This document shows positions 14,161-27,029 of a stretch of 64,000 nucleotides of DNA, piece after piece. The notes beneath the pieces are model-generated. The model was given only the letters and a program-made list of their open reading frames with translations, did not search any database and was not told the DNA's origin. The DNA comes from Octopus bimaculoides (taxonomy: Eukaryota), in assembly GCF_001194135.2 (NCBI RefSeq), contig NC_068995.1:30997811-31061810 (forward strand). The letters are read 5' to 3'. Every line of letters begins with the position of its first letter. Positions within the stretch are counted from its first letter, which is position 1. The translations under genes were made by a program, and so were the position numbers.

Positions 14161-16071
14161 CTTCATAGTTAATTGGGCACTAATATAGTTGATGTAGCAA
14201 GAGGAAAACTTTTAATTAATTTAATTATAATTACACTGAAAGTGATGACAACACTCATCAGCTAAATAATTAATTCTGATTAAAAGAGAGAGAGGGTGGG
14301 GCAAATAAACAATCTCAAAATTGAATGTGGAATCCAGTGGAAATGAGGTGAGTTAGATATTTACTGGTAACTAGATATGTTTCACTATTATTAGACCTCA
14401 TCAGTGAAGGGTTATCTCCCCTGTTTTATATTATTACCATAAATAACCATTTAGAAAATGGTGATTCACTTTACTAAGGACATAAAAGCAAATAAAATTT
14501 TTTTGGCTAACAACTATATCATTTATGTTAGCATATACTTTACTGCTAAATTTGTAAGCAGCAGGTGACCCTCAGTATTTTCCCCAGGTAGTATTCCAGA
14601 AGCTATTTATTGCTGTAAAACCTATATATGTATATATCACTTGTCATTTTCAGATCTTGCAGTAATGGTTAGACTAAATATTGCTGATAAGGTCTAATAA
14701 CATCAAAACATGTCTAGAGTTATCTCTGTACAGCTAAACACCAGACTTACTATGGACTACAGCTGTCCATATTTTAATTACTGCTTCATCCTGGGTCCCT
14801 TGCATTTTTTTTTGTAGTGGTGGTGGTGGTGGCGGTGATGGCAGCAGCTCCAAAATTTAGAAATTATTGTCTTCAATAAAGCTGCAATTTTAATTAAAAT
14901 TTCTTGTATTGATTAATTTGTGTGTGTGTGTCCTGTGTCCAACAACTTTTCTGTATAGTTTCCAAATAAGCATTATCACTTTTCAGTAATGTTATAAATA
15001 ACCAAGTATAAAAACATCATCATCATCATTATCACTATCAACAACATTACTGTTTATTCAGTGATGTTATATATAGCTAAGTATACATCCTCATCAACAC
15101 CATCATCATCATCATCATCATCATGCAATGGATGTTATTAGTTAAGTACAAACCAATGTAGATTTAGTTGTAATTGAGTTTCTAACTTGTTTGGTTGTTG
15201 ATGGTGTGAAGCTGACTGACTGACCTCATTGAGAACCTGAATGTTGGAGTGGTGGTTGTGGTGTAGTAGTTCTGCTGGTTAATGACAGTAGCAGCAGTAG
15301 CTTGGTGGTGGTAGTAGTAGTAGGAGGTGTTAGTAGTAAAGGCATTGGGAATACTGGTGGATGTAGCAGATGTGGTGAGGATGAATCAAATGATGGTGAT
15401 TAAATAGTAGATTAAGTAGTAGTGGTGGCAGTATTGTAACACTAACACTGCTACTACTTCTACAATCTACATACTCTGCCAATCTCCCCCAACTTTTTGT
15501 TACTTGTATAATAGATGCAAGAAAATTGTGTGTGTGTGTGTATTATGTAAAGTACTGAGATAGTGTGTGTAGGGATAAATTGTGAATAAGTTTGAATGTT
15601 AGAGGTGTGGCTGTGTGGTAAAAAGTTTGCTTCTCAACCACATGGTTCCAGGTTCAGACACACTGTGTGACACCTTGTGCAAGTGTCTTCTACTATAGCC
15701 TTGCGAATGGATTTTGGTAAATGGAAACTGAAAGAAGCTTGTCATTTATATATATGTGTGTGTGTGTCTTTGTGTATATGTTTGTTTCCCACCACCGCTT
15801 AATAACAGGTGTTAGTGTGTTTACATCCCTGTAACTTTAGTGGTTTGGCAAAAGAGATTGACAAAATAAGAACTAGACTTTACAAAAATAAATAAATAAT
15901 AAGTATTGGTGTTGATTCATTCTAGGTGATGCTCTAGCATGGCCAAAGTCTAATGACTGAAACAAGACAAAAAGATGTTTATATACATGTCTAATAAACG
16001 TACATTTAATCTCACTGTGAGTAGAGGTTAAACCATGGGGGGCGGTCTTCATTGCAGAATAAATCAAAGAG

Positions 16072-16133
16072 CAACTAGTTTAGTCTGGTCTAAGACTATT
16101 GGTAAGTCAGTAATGACCAGACAGAACTAGTTG
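16072..16133 (+). ncRNA. Pre-miRNA-like hairpin (candidate only)
   Basis: 19-bp stem 16072-16090 with 16115-16133 (one G:U, one A/A mismatch), inner GACT/AGTC stem; no match to a miRNA I recognise. Confidence 0.3.
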
Positions 16134-16182
16134 AGTTGTTTGGCAAAGACAACCCTGTTGTGTAACATCACACTGTGTTTAA

Positions 16183-16215
<33 letters not shown>

Positions 16216-16217
<2 letters not shown>

Positions 16218-16385
16218 CATCATCATCATCATCATCATCGTTTAACGTCCACTTTCCATGCTAGCATGGGTTGGACGATTTGACTGAGGACTGGTGAAAC
16301 CGGATGGCAACACCAGGCTCCAATCTAATTTGGCAGTTTCTACAGCTGGATGCCCTTCCTAACGCCAACCACTCAGAGAGTGTAG
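16216..16385 (-). mobile_element. RTE-related LINE/SINE 3' end with (CAT)n tail
   Basis: catcatcatcgtttaacgtcc...gctggatgcccttcctaacgccaaccactcagagagtgtag; same family at 5128, 49618 and 61905. Confidence 0.8.
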
Positions 16386-16423
16386 AACTTTTATACACTC
16401 TTATATATATATATATATATATA

Positions 16424-17011
16424 NNNNNNNNNNNNNNNNNNNNNNNNNNNNNNNNNNNNNNNNNNNNNNNNNNNNNNNNNNNNNNNNNNNNNNNNNNNNN
16501 NNNNNNNNNNNNNNNNNNNNNNNNNNNNNNNNNNNNNNNNNNNNNNNNNNNNNNNNNNNNNNNNNNNNNNNNNNNNNNNNNNNNNNNNNNNNNNNNNNNN
16601 NNNNNNNNNNNNNNNNNNNNNNNNNNNNNNNNNNNNNNNNNNNNNNNNNNNNNNNNNNNNNNNNNNNNNNNNNNNNNNNNNNNNNNNNNNNNNNNNNNNN
16701 NNNNNNNNNNNNNNNNNNNNNNNNNNNNNNNNNNNNNNNNNNNNNNNNNNNNNNNNNNNNNNNNNNNNNNNNNNNNNNNNNNNNNNNNNNNNNNNNNNNN
16801 NNNNNNNNNNNNNNNNNNNNNNNNNNNNNNNNNNNNNNNNNNNNNNNNNNNNNNNNNNNNNNNNNNNNNNNNNNNNNNNNNNNNNNNNNNNNNNNNNNNN
16901 NNNNNNNNNNNNNNNNNNNNNNNNNNNNNNNNNNNNNNNNNNNNNNNNNNNNNNNNNNNNNNNNNNNNNNNNNNNNNNNNNNNNNNNNNNNNNNNNNNNN
17001 NNNNNNNNNNN
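16424..17011. other. Assembly gap (588 N); smaller gaps at 9863-9872, 27158-27169, 28033-28042
   Basis: N runs seen directly, each flanked by repeats. Confidence 0.99.
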
Positions 17012-17199
17012 GGTGACACGTAAAAGCACCCACTACACTCTCTGAGTGGTTGGCGTTAGGAAGGGCATCCAGCTGTAGAAACTCTGCCAAATCAGACTGG
17101 AGCCTGGTGTTGCCATCCGGTTTCACCAGTCCTCAGTCAAATCGTCCAACCCATGCTAGCATGGAAAGCGGACGTTAAACGATGATGATGATGATGATG
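17012..17199 (+). mobile_element. RTE-related 3' end with (GAT)n tail, inverted partner of 16216-16385
   Basis: Reverse complement is nearly identical to 16216-16385. Confidence 0.8.
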
Positions 17200-18825
17200 C
17201 GTAACTTAGTGGTTTAGCAAAGAGACCAATAGAATAAGTAAGTACCAAGCTTTAAAAAGAAATGTACAGGGGTTGATTCATTCGACTAAAAATTCTTCAA
17301 GGTGGTGCCTCAGCACGGTCAGAGTCTAATGACTGAAACAAAGAAAAAGAAAAACACTAAAAGATAAAGAAAGATGTGTGTGGGTGTGTATAAACATCTG
17401 CATATAGTTAAGAGGTTTACTTTACAGCCACAGGGTTCCAAGTTCTATGTTTGTATGTGTCAGTTTGGACAAATGTCACCTACCATAGCCTTAGGTTGAC
17501 TAATGTCCCATTCCATGGCACCTTGGGCAAGTGTCTTCAACTATAGCATGAGGCTAACCAAAGTAGAGTAGATTTGGTAGACAGAGCCTCAAAGAAGCCC
17601 ATTGTGTGTGTGTGTCCTTGTCTTGGCCACATGTGATAATTGTAAATGAATGTCACCATCATACAAGCAGTGCCATTAATTTTCAATATTCTGAAAAAGC
17701 ATGTTCAGTATTACCTTGCTTGGAAACAGGTGAGGGTTGGCAACAGGAAGGGCATCCAACCATACAAAATATCCCTCAGTAATCTCTGTTTGACCCATGC
17801 AAGCATGGAGAAGTGGATGTTAAAATGATGATGTAGAGGGAGAGAGGAGAGGTTGGGATGGAACCATGGCTGTCACTTATTTTACATCCATCATTCTCTT
17901 ACCATTATACCATTAACATCTCAACTAGCCTACACTTGTACCCTCCCCTACACCAATACCGTTCTCTACTGCTCAAGGCTCCCCTTTCAGACCACTCTCT
18001 TTCTACCGAATATTTGTATAACTATCATAATTGCTCCTTTACTTGCAATTAGGTAGCTACTATTTGTGTCTCTCCCCTTACACCCTGCTGTTACTGTCTC
18101 TCTCTCTTCAGTTCTCCTTTACTGTTCTCTCACTCTCTCTCTCATACTTCTCCTTTCTCCCTTGCACTCTAGTTCATCTTCTACATTACCATCTCTTTTA
18201 CCCACTCTGTTGGTCACATAGCCCTGGATAAATGGAGACAACATAAGCAGTGAAGATCCTCTTCTTTGTTGCAGAGTACAAGGCAACTTCACTTCTACTG
18301 GTGCCATGATAAAATGTATCCGGTGCATTCTATAAAATGGATGACAAAAAGAAGCATAAATATTGTAAGGTTGAGTGGAATTCTTTAGTCTTCTCAAAAA
18401 TGTGCCCAATACATTCTGTAAAGTGGTTAGTGGTATGAAGAGCACCCAGTCATAGAAAGCATGCTGCAGTATAAAGTACAAGTGAGTTGTGGTCTCCCAG
18501 CCATGCCTAGGAAGACAATAACTCCAAACTGACTTGGAGGGTGATGAACAATCTAATCTATTCCAGAATAGGTTGGATGTGAAATGATGATAATAAGTGC
18601 ATATGTATGAATTGCTTTTGTTAAACAAAACTACCTTATGGTATTTAGTGCCTTTGGTGAACTTTAGCATTTGATAAATAGAGATTGATAAAATAAGTAC
18701 CAGGCAATTCCTGAAGTTGATTATGTAACTATATGTGTGTGTTTGTGTGTATATGTATGTTTCTGTATTTGCTTTGCAAGATTCTTGATGTGAAAATCAT
18801 GTGTTGAAACAGATATTATTCTTGG

Positions 18826-19084
18826 GGATGGTCATATTTTGCCAATTAAACACACACACTATATATTCGGTCTTCACTTCAGCTTTAATATTATCATTTT
18901 AGTTTCTTTGTCAAAGTTCTTTCATTACACATCCTGTGACCTCTTCAGCGACTCTATCCCACATGTCTCTTGTTCTGCTTATTCCATTTTGTCTTGAAAA
19001 GAACTGATAAAGAAACTAAAATTGAGCTGAAGTGAAGGCCAAATATATTGTGCATGTGTTTCATTTGGCAAAATACGACCATCC
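18826..19084. mobile_element. Fold-back element with a degenerate hammerhead-like motif on the minus strand (18910-18952)
   Basis: About 95-bp inverted arms (ggatggtcatattttgccaa ... ttggcaaaatacgaccatcc). Minus strand reads GTCG-CTGAAGA-G-GTCACA-GGA-TGTGTAAT-GAAA-GAAC-TT-TGAC. Confidence 0.6.
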
Positions 19085-20289
19085 ACAAATATAATAATAA
19101 ATATATGTATATGCCATTCTGTTCACTGCTACAAATGTACCATTCAAGAAAATGTCTTTATAATTAGTTTTCTGTGATCAAAGGGTGGTTTGGTCACCTG
19201 ATTGAATTAATAATATCACATTTTAGGAGAAGTGCATTGTATAAAGATTATTTTTGATCACAAGTTCAGCTGGAGGATAAGTAGAACAATTAGCCAGGAA
19301 TAAATCTTATACTTGACATTTAATCCTGGTTTCTTGCTGCTACTAAATATTTGTAAACCAAAAGTAATATAGTCACCCCTCTCGAGCCAGTGATGGTGAA
19401 TATCTTTCCTCATTTATGATCAATAAATGTCTTATCACCACAAATGTCAGGGCTTTTCTTAAATAGCATTTTTGTTACCAGCCTTCTGAATATTCACACT
19501 TGTCTTCAGGCAAGGCTGTGTGGTTAAGAAGCTCACTTTGCAAACGTGTGGTTTTGGATTCAATCCCACTGCATGGCTCCTTGGGCAAGTCTCTTCTGCT
19601 ATAGGTGGCCAATGCTATACGAGTGAGTTTAGTTGATGTTTAGCAGCTCATCATAACTTAGCAGTTCAGCAAAGTAGACCTATAGAATAAATATCAGATT
19701 CATAAAAAAAATAAAAAGCATAAGTACTAAGATGAATTTCTTAAATAAACCTTTCAAGGCCCCAGCATGGCCACAGTCCAATGACTAAAACAAGTTAATG
19801 GTAAAAAAAAGTTCTGTTCATTATGATAGATTTTAGTTTTTGTTTCAAGACCATCAGTTCATTAAACAGTATATATAGGCTTAGGTGTGGTTGTGTGGCA
19901 AGAAACTTGCTTCCCGACCATATGGTTCTGCGTTCAGTCCCACTTTGGGCATGTTACCCCATGGTTTCAAGTTCCATCTCACTGCTTAGCACCTAGGTCG
20001 AGTGTCTTCTGTTATAGCCTCATACCAACCAATGCATTGTAAACATGAACTGTATGGAAGATCAATGTGTGTGTGTTTGTGAATGTTTACATTCTATGTC
20101 TTGCATGAAAGTGTTGAGCTAAAAGTTGGTGACATTATGTTGTTTCCTGTCAAAAACTTGTTTGCTAACTCTGTTCTTTTGAAAATGAGTGGAATAAAAA
20201 CTCCTTTACTTGAAAAATAGTTAAGGATTATCAGCAATCAGTGCATCTGGTCATAAAACAATGGCTCAGTAACAAGTATTCATCTAACC

Positions 20290-20545
20290 CAGTGGTTCTC
20301 CACCAGGGTCCATATGACCCTTGGGGTCATAAGATTCCAGTGTTAAAATCTATCAGCAATCAATTGATTATACTTCTACAATACACAAAATATTCCCACA
20401 ATTTTTTAGATATTATTTCTTATAATATATAATTATAGAAATATAATAGGATTTTTTAAAGCATCAAATGACTAGGAGGGTTCATGCAAGTAAAATAGGA
20501 ATCAACGGGAGTCCCTAGGAAACAAAAAATGGTTGAGAATCACTG
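20290..20545. mobile_element. hAT-type MITE
   Basis: TIRs CAGTGGTTCTCCACC / GGTTGAGAATCACTG; 8-bp TSD atctaacc / agctaacc (7 of 8 match). Confidence 0.8.
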
Positions 20546-21434
20546 AGCTAACCCATGCTATCATGGAAAAACCATACAAAACAAATCAACAAATAATGTG
20601 GCTTTATAGAATTGTTAAAACCCAACACAAAATGCAGTGAAACTACTGTGGAGAATTTGAGGGTTGGTTTTTCAAATAGAAATTGATGACTACTCACCAC
20701 CAAACCAGCTTTGATGTTTGGGGCATGGACTCTACACTTCATCAATGACTGATGACTATGATTGTGGCATCCGTGCTCTCTGACTTGTCTCCCGGTTGGG
20801 CATTTGTCAAATTTGCAAGCTGCATATTTGGGCTGTAGCTAGAAGCATTACTTTGCCTGCTGGGACATTAGGGCTGACCACCAGTTGTGGTCAGCATTTG
20901 TGAGGGACATGGTGAAATTATTGGTCAGAGCTGGCTCAACCCACTTTAATTGAATGCTGCTGCAAATACATGTAAGTAGTACCAGACCTGCTTATGAAGA
21001 GTGCCTGTTCCCAAAAATCAACTTGCACATACTGACACATTTTGCTCACCAGTTTTAATTGACTGAAATAGATCTAGAAATCACCAACATGTATCCATTT
21101 GGCAGTAACAGTCTACATGATGTCACCCATTCGTTTTACTAGACAGCTATGAACCACACTTATGGAACATCTCCAAGAAATTGGTAATATTAAACTTTCA
21201 TTGAAATGGCATCAACATACCAGGATATATTTGGGTCCCTTCTATGTTTTCAATTTCATTTCTACTAACATGGGCACAGGTGTAGCTGTGTGGTAAGAAG
21301 CTTGCTTCCCAACCACATGGTTTTGGGTTCAATCCTACTGTGTAGCATCTTGAGTAAGTGTCTCCTACTACAGCCTCGGGCTGACCAAAGACTTGTGAGT
21401 GGATCTGGTAGATGAAAACTGATAGAAGCATTGT

Positions 21435-21474
<40 letters not shown>

Positions 21475-22367
21475 GAAAAAATTGGAGCCAACATGAAGGG
21501 GTATGGTTGGACACATATTTTTAAATCACTACAATTGTTTCCACACAATGTAATTCTCTAGGTGTGCAGGTACTTGATTATGCAACTGTTTCCCTGCATT
21601 GTGAGATCTAGTTGTGTTTCCTCAGGTGATACGTAAATATTGTCTCCATAAGTTTAAAATCCTCGGCTTCAAGAACATCCCTTTTGTCTGTCATGGCCTG
21701 AATTTAGTAGTAGTCACTGAGCTTATCAGGGTGTGTTGTTGCTGAAGGGCCATTGACAAACTGCTTTGAATGTGCCTGTGTTTGCCTTCCACCACCACTT
21801 GACAACTGGTGTTAGTGTGTTCACATCCCCATAATTTAGTAGTTTGGCAAAAGAGACCAATAGAATAAATAATAGGCTTAAAAAAAAGTCCTAGGGTTGA
21901 TTTGTTTGACTAAAACCCATCAAGGTGGTGCCCCAGTATGGCCACAGTCAAATAACTAAAACAAGCAAAAAATAAAAGACAAGGATAGAATTTGTGTTTT
22001 ATTCTTCCACAGTCCATAAAGTACCAGTGATTAACTTCATCCATGAAATGTCACTTTGTGCTTAAATTACAATTTATTAACAGAGCGTGCAGGTAGAATC
22101 ATTAACATCTCAGACAAAATACTTTGCAGCATTTCTTTCTGGTTTTATGGTCTCAGTTTATATTCTGCCGAGGTTGGCTTTGCCTTTTTCCTTTTCAGGA
22201 CTGTGGATTAATAGAATCAGTAGAGCATCTGATAATGTATTGGTGTATATAGTTAATTCTTTCTATATCAGTATCACCTGAGGGCAGCTTTGGCAATAAA
22301 GTACTGGGGTCAATCTAATCGACTGTCATCCCTTAACCACTTCCAATTGCCTAGCCTCTTGCTTATA

Positions 22368-22662
22368 CTCTTTTACTTGTTTTAGTCATTTGACTGTGGC
22401 CATGCTGGAGCACCGCCTTTAGTCGAGCAAATTGACCCCCAGTCAAGCGATGTTGGGGGGACAAACACACACACACACTTATATATATACATATATATGA
22501 TAGGCTTCTTTTCAGTTTCCATCTACCAAATCCCCTCACAAGGCTTTGGTCGGCCCGAGGCTATAGTAGAAGACACTTGCCCAAGGTGCCACGCAGTGGG
22601 ACTGAACCTGGAACCATATGGTTGGTAAGCAAGCTACTTACCACATAGCCACTCCTGCGCTT
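22368..22662 (-). mobile_element. SINE family A, internally deleted copy
   Basis: Reverse complement of the 10033 copy, lacking the central ~100 bp. Confidence 0.8.
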
Positions 22663-23329
22663 ATATTAGAAATTGTTATTATTGTTGTTGAACTTTTGAA
22701 GACTGAGTTTTTAAATTTACCTATGTCACATTTTAGGTGGCTTCAACATCTATTAATTCCCTCTTGGCTTCTATTTATTAGAGTTTGGATTGGTAAGTGA
22801 ATGAAAAGAGGGAGATTCAGAGAGAGAGAGAGAGAGTGCAACTCCAGTGAAGCTAAAACAGAATTTAATATATGCAAAAAAAAAAATAATAAATAAAATG
22901 TGAAGTTGGAATGGCAGTGTTTTAATATTTATCTGCCAAACAACCAGCAAGTGGCATTCAAATGATACCAGTTTCACATGGTCTGTAAGTTTACAGGCAC
23001 ACACACACACACACAAGTAAAAAGGTCAAATGCTAACAGGGGAAAGTTTTTATTTTATTTTTTATTTTTTAAAGGAAGAAAGACTAGTGCATGCCTTGTA
23101 TGGTTCTTTGAATAATGTACTTGAAATAATGACCATCAAGTTGATAATAGTATTATTTCTCTTTGAAAAGTCACCGTTGGTTGCCGATTGTAGATTTGGG
23201 TCAAAATTATTTTGGTTGAATTATGTCCCTGGTTTCTGCTAATAGCCATTACTTTATCCCCCACCCCCACCCACTTCAGCATCATCTGAATGCTGTTATC
23301 ACTCTCTTCTGTCAGATGTTGGCTTTTTA

Positions 23330-24360
23330 TGATTTGATTTGACAAGAATAATCTTCTGATTTGTATGTCATAACTATCAGCTCCATGACATGTATGTGTG
23401 TATATTTGTGAATAAGTGTGAGTGTGTGTTTATTTGTGGATATGTGTATATGGGTTTGTTTGTAAATGGTGACTGGATGTATGCATATGTTGAATATAGA
23501 TGTGTAGTTGTGTGGGTGTGTCTGTGTTACTGTGAAAGTATGAGTATTTAAAGAGTGTGTATATGTAACAATGTACTGCCTGTATGTATGTGTTGTGAGA
23601 ATATATGGTGTGAGCTGTGACCCTGCATATTTATGTAGAAGCCTGAGTAAACACAGGCTGCACAAATCTATACACACACACACACACACACACATCCATT
23701 ACATGTTGGTGCTTGTATCTATAATCTGTATATTCATACATCTGTATTTATGAATATATGTATATATATGTTAGTGCATGTATTAACTTGTATGTACTTA
23801 TGTCTCTGTGGGTGTATACATATATTTATGATTGTGTGTATATATCTTAATGCTTGTGTCTATAATGACTTGTATGTGCTTACATCTATGTGGGAGTATA
23901 CATTAATGATTTTGTGTAGATATGTTAGTGCTTGTCCCTATGATGATTTGTATGTGCTTACATCTATGTGGGTCTATACATATATTTGAGTATGTCCATA
24001 TATGTTAGTACATGTGTCTATAATTAGTATGTACATACATTTATAAGTATGTTAACTCCTGCGTATATAACTAGTGTGTGTATGTGTGTATATATTATAC
24101 ATATATATTCATACATTTATCAGCATGCGTATGTCTATAATAACCTATAAGTATATTCATCTTTGTCTATACATGCTTGTACTCATGCCTATAATAACTG
24201 TATAGGTGCACATGCATACATTTGTGTGTATATCTATTCGTGTTTGTGTGTATAATAACCTATTTGTATAGACACCTATGTAATCAATGTGGCTGTATAT
24301 ACATACATTCGTGTATAAATGTGTGTGTTTGCAGATATACCACTATGTATAGACACTGAC
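23330..24360. repeat. About 1 kb low-complexity TG/TA region with a diverged ~75-80-bp higher-order repeat (about 23760-24050)
   Basis: Recurring tatatgttagtgc...ttgtatgtgcttacatctatgtggg..tatacat. Confidence 0.65.
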
Positions 24361-25923
24361 ACTACTGCATTGATATGCAGTTGCTGCACCTTGCTACTAT
24401 TAGATATTTGTATTTTGTTTCACTGTAGGCTAACCCTGATCCTGTAGACTTATGATCAAAGGTGTTCCATCCATGACCACCACCTCTTTTATATTTTGAA
24501 CCATAATGTCCAACATGTTGTTCTTTTTTAAGATGGTTGGATGTAATATGAGGGAGATTTGCCGAACTGGGTGTTCTGTGCAAATATATGTAGCTTGTAG
24601 CAGCTTCAGAAGCTACAATGGCTTGTCATGTTAAAGCTGTTGAATCTATCTAAAATGCTGTGCATGGTGACTTGTCTAGAGATGTGTAGCATGATTTAAC
24701 TGTTGAAATTGTAATGGCTTGTAAAGCTGTTACATCTGACAAAAAAGGGTGTCTTATTACTGCTAGATAAACTTTGAGTGACTCTATTACAATGTGATTG
24801 GTTACAAAAGCCAGTCAACGACAAAGCATCAATGAAATGGGAACCTGTCTAGGGGTATTTAGCTTGTGGTAGCTGCTAAAACTAATGATTTCTAGCTACA
24901 AAATAGTTATTTCTGATAAAAATAGTTTAAGATATAGTAGCTCTGTTTTCAATATATTTTGCTTGGTACCAAAGGTAACGGCATTTTGTCAGGGTAGGAC
25001 CTGGAAGATAAAATATGTTGTTTCTTTTATATTTAATACACAGCATAGTCCATTTTTGGATTAGTCCATTCCTTGAATAATGTTGAATTATGTTGTGTTA
25101 GTATCAATGAATTTGTCTGTCTGAATCATGGTATAAGCTACAGTTTTCAAAAAGAAATGTAAATGTATCCATTTACGCATGCTCACTCATATACTCATGT
25201 ACCGTCAAGGGAGTTTTTATTAGGTCACACAACCTGAGGCTGTGGAGTCAGTATACACAATCTTTGACCCTCCCAACTCCTTAATGTGGTTTACTACTGA
25301 CTCTGACTCTTCATGCAATGTTATTATCAATTCTAATATGCCAGTGGCAGGTTCAAACTCATAAACAAGTTTGTTGACAAATGGTGTAAATACACTTAAA
25401 TCAGCTCACGTGCCACCTATCCAGACTGTGAGGTGCAAGCATTTCAGAATGGTTATTTCCTCTTCCGTCACAGAAACCAGATGGTGATGCTGCAAGCTGA
25501 TAGAGACAATCTCTCTTATTTTATTCTAGTCGGTGTATGTCAGCTGGTAGCACTAATCAGTGGAGTTAGAACCTGTCACTGGCATATTCAAACTGGTAAT
25601 AACATTGCATTTATACACCGCTTAGTGCTCCACCTTTGACTCTTCAGTCTATTGTACCATTCACTCTAACTCAATTTATGATACCATTTCTGATTCAAAC
25701 CCCTTAATTATCGATTCTGATCCCTTCCCTTTCCCTTCACCCTTCCTCACCTCCTGCACCAATAGTGATTCTTTCTTCGCTACATCACAACTATAAATCT
25801 GTTCTTTTCATCATACTTTTATACCCTCTCTATGCCTAAAATTATCACAAACTTTCTCCTAGAGGTAATATTTATCCCCACTTAAATGTGGATGCACTGT
25901 TAGAACACATTATACTGTGGTAG

Positions 25924-26159
25924 ATACCATGAAAATTGTATGGTATCTAGTCTTGAAAATTTGCAAGACAGCCTCACTCGTGTTGGTGCCACATGAAAAA
26001 AAAAAAAAACTACCTGTTATTCTCTGTTAATTGGTTGATACCATACATGAAAATTGTATGGTATCTAGTCTTGAAAATTGCAAGACAGCCTCACTCATGT
26101 TGGTGCCACATGAAAAAAAGAAAAAAAAACTATCTGTTATTCTCTGTTAATTAGTTGAT
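25924..26159. repeat. Tandem duplication of about 115-120 bp
   Basis: catgaaaattgtatggtatctagtcttgaaaatt...gttattctctgttaatt occurs twice in tandem. Confidence 0.85.
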
Positions 26160-26528
26160 GTTAGAAAGGGCATCCAACTGGTAGGAATCATGTCAAGACA
26201 GACATTGGAGTACAATGTTTCTCCGACTTGTCAGATCCTGTTGAACTGTCTAACCCATGCCATCATGGAGAGCAGATGTTAAATGATGATAATGACTAAT
26301 CAAATACAGTATATACGGTCAATGCGAATCAGCTGGCCACATTTTTCACCTTGTAAACCTGTTAAAATTTGGAGCTCTGTTGGTGTCTGTGTCTTTGATT
26401 GTAGATCCACTTGGTCAGGAATAGCTTGGTGCTAAACAACAAATTCTTTGTGCTTTTTGTATTGGGGTGGGGAAGGAATGTAGTTTCGTTATTCTTCAAA
26501 TTTCTTCAATTTCTTTCCTTTCCTATAG

Positions 26529-26618
26529 GTTTTTGCATGGCAAGTTGCGGACCAACTTCTGACTGTCAATCGAGATCTTGAATCCTGTTATTTTGCTGCT
26601 CAAACAATGAGGACAAAG
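26529..26618 (+). CDS. TNPO3: TNPO3 exon: [30 protein letters not shown]
   Basis: cctatag|GTT...AAG|gtttgt; 90 nt, phase 0/0; matches [30 protein letters not shown]. Confidence 0.95.
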
Positions 26619-27029
26619 GTTTGTGTTTTACGACTTTCTACTGTACCAGTCAAATACTGGGGTCAGTTATTTTTTTACTATATTTCCCATCAAAAAGACA
26701 TTTATGGATTGGTACCATTAATGGTGGATGAAATGATAGTTGAATTTATCGTTCCTATCTACCAGGGGTCAGTAGAATAACCACTATCCAAGAACTGGGG
26801 TCAACTATTCAATGCAATTGTATAAACACAATGGTTCTTGATCTCATCCACACCATGATTTCAGTCACTTCTCTAACTATATATATATTATGTCACTAAA
26901 AGGTGTTCCACATTAGATTCACTGTTCCACATTTCTGATGACTATATTCGCTGGTGTCTTCCATCTTTTCCTTTAAGGGAATTTTAACTGTAAAACATTT
27001 GTGGGATCTTAAATATGAAGAAATGTTTG

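Noticed and set aside
14235-14262. Minus-strand CTGATGA-GTG...CAC motif
   Set aside because: It is followed by TTTC rather than GAAA, so the core is incomplete on both strands.
16261-17126. Long ORFs of 212-252 aa
   Set aside because: They consist almost entirely of X from the N gap.
20750-21260. Possible decayed LINE ORF on the minus strand
   Set aside because: Only faint resemblance (ENIEGTQIYPG to a KYLG-type motif); not supportable without a search.
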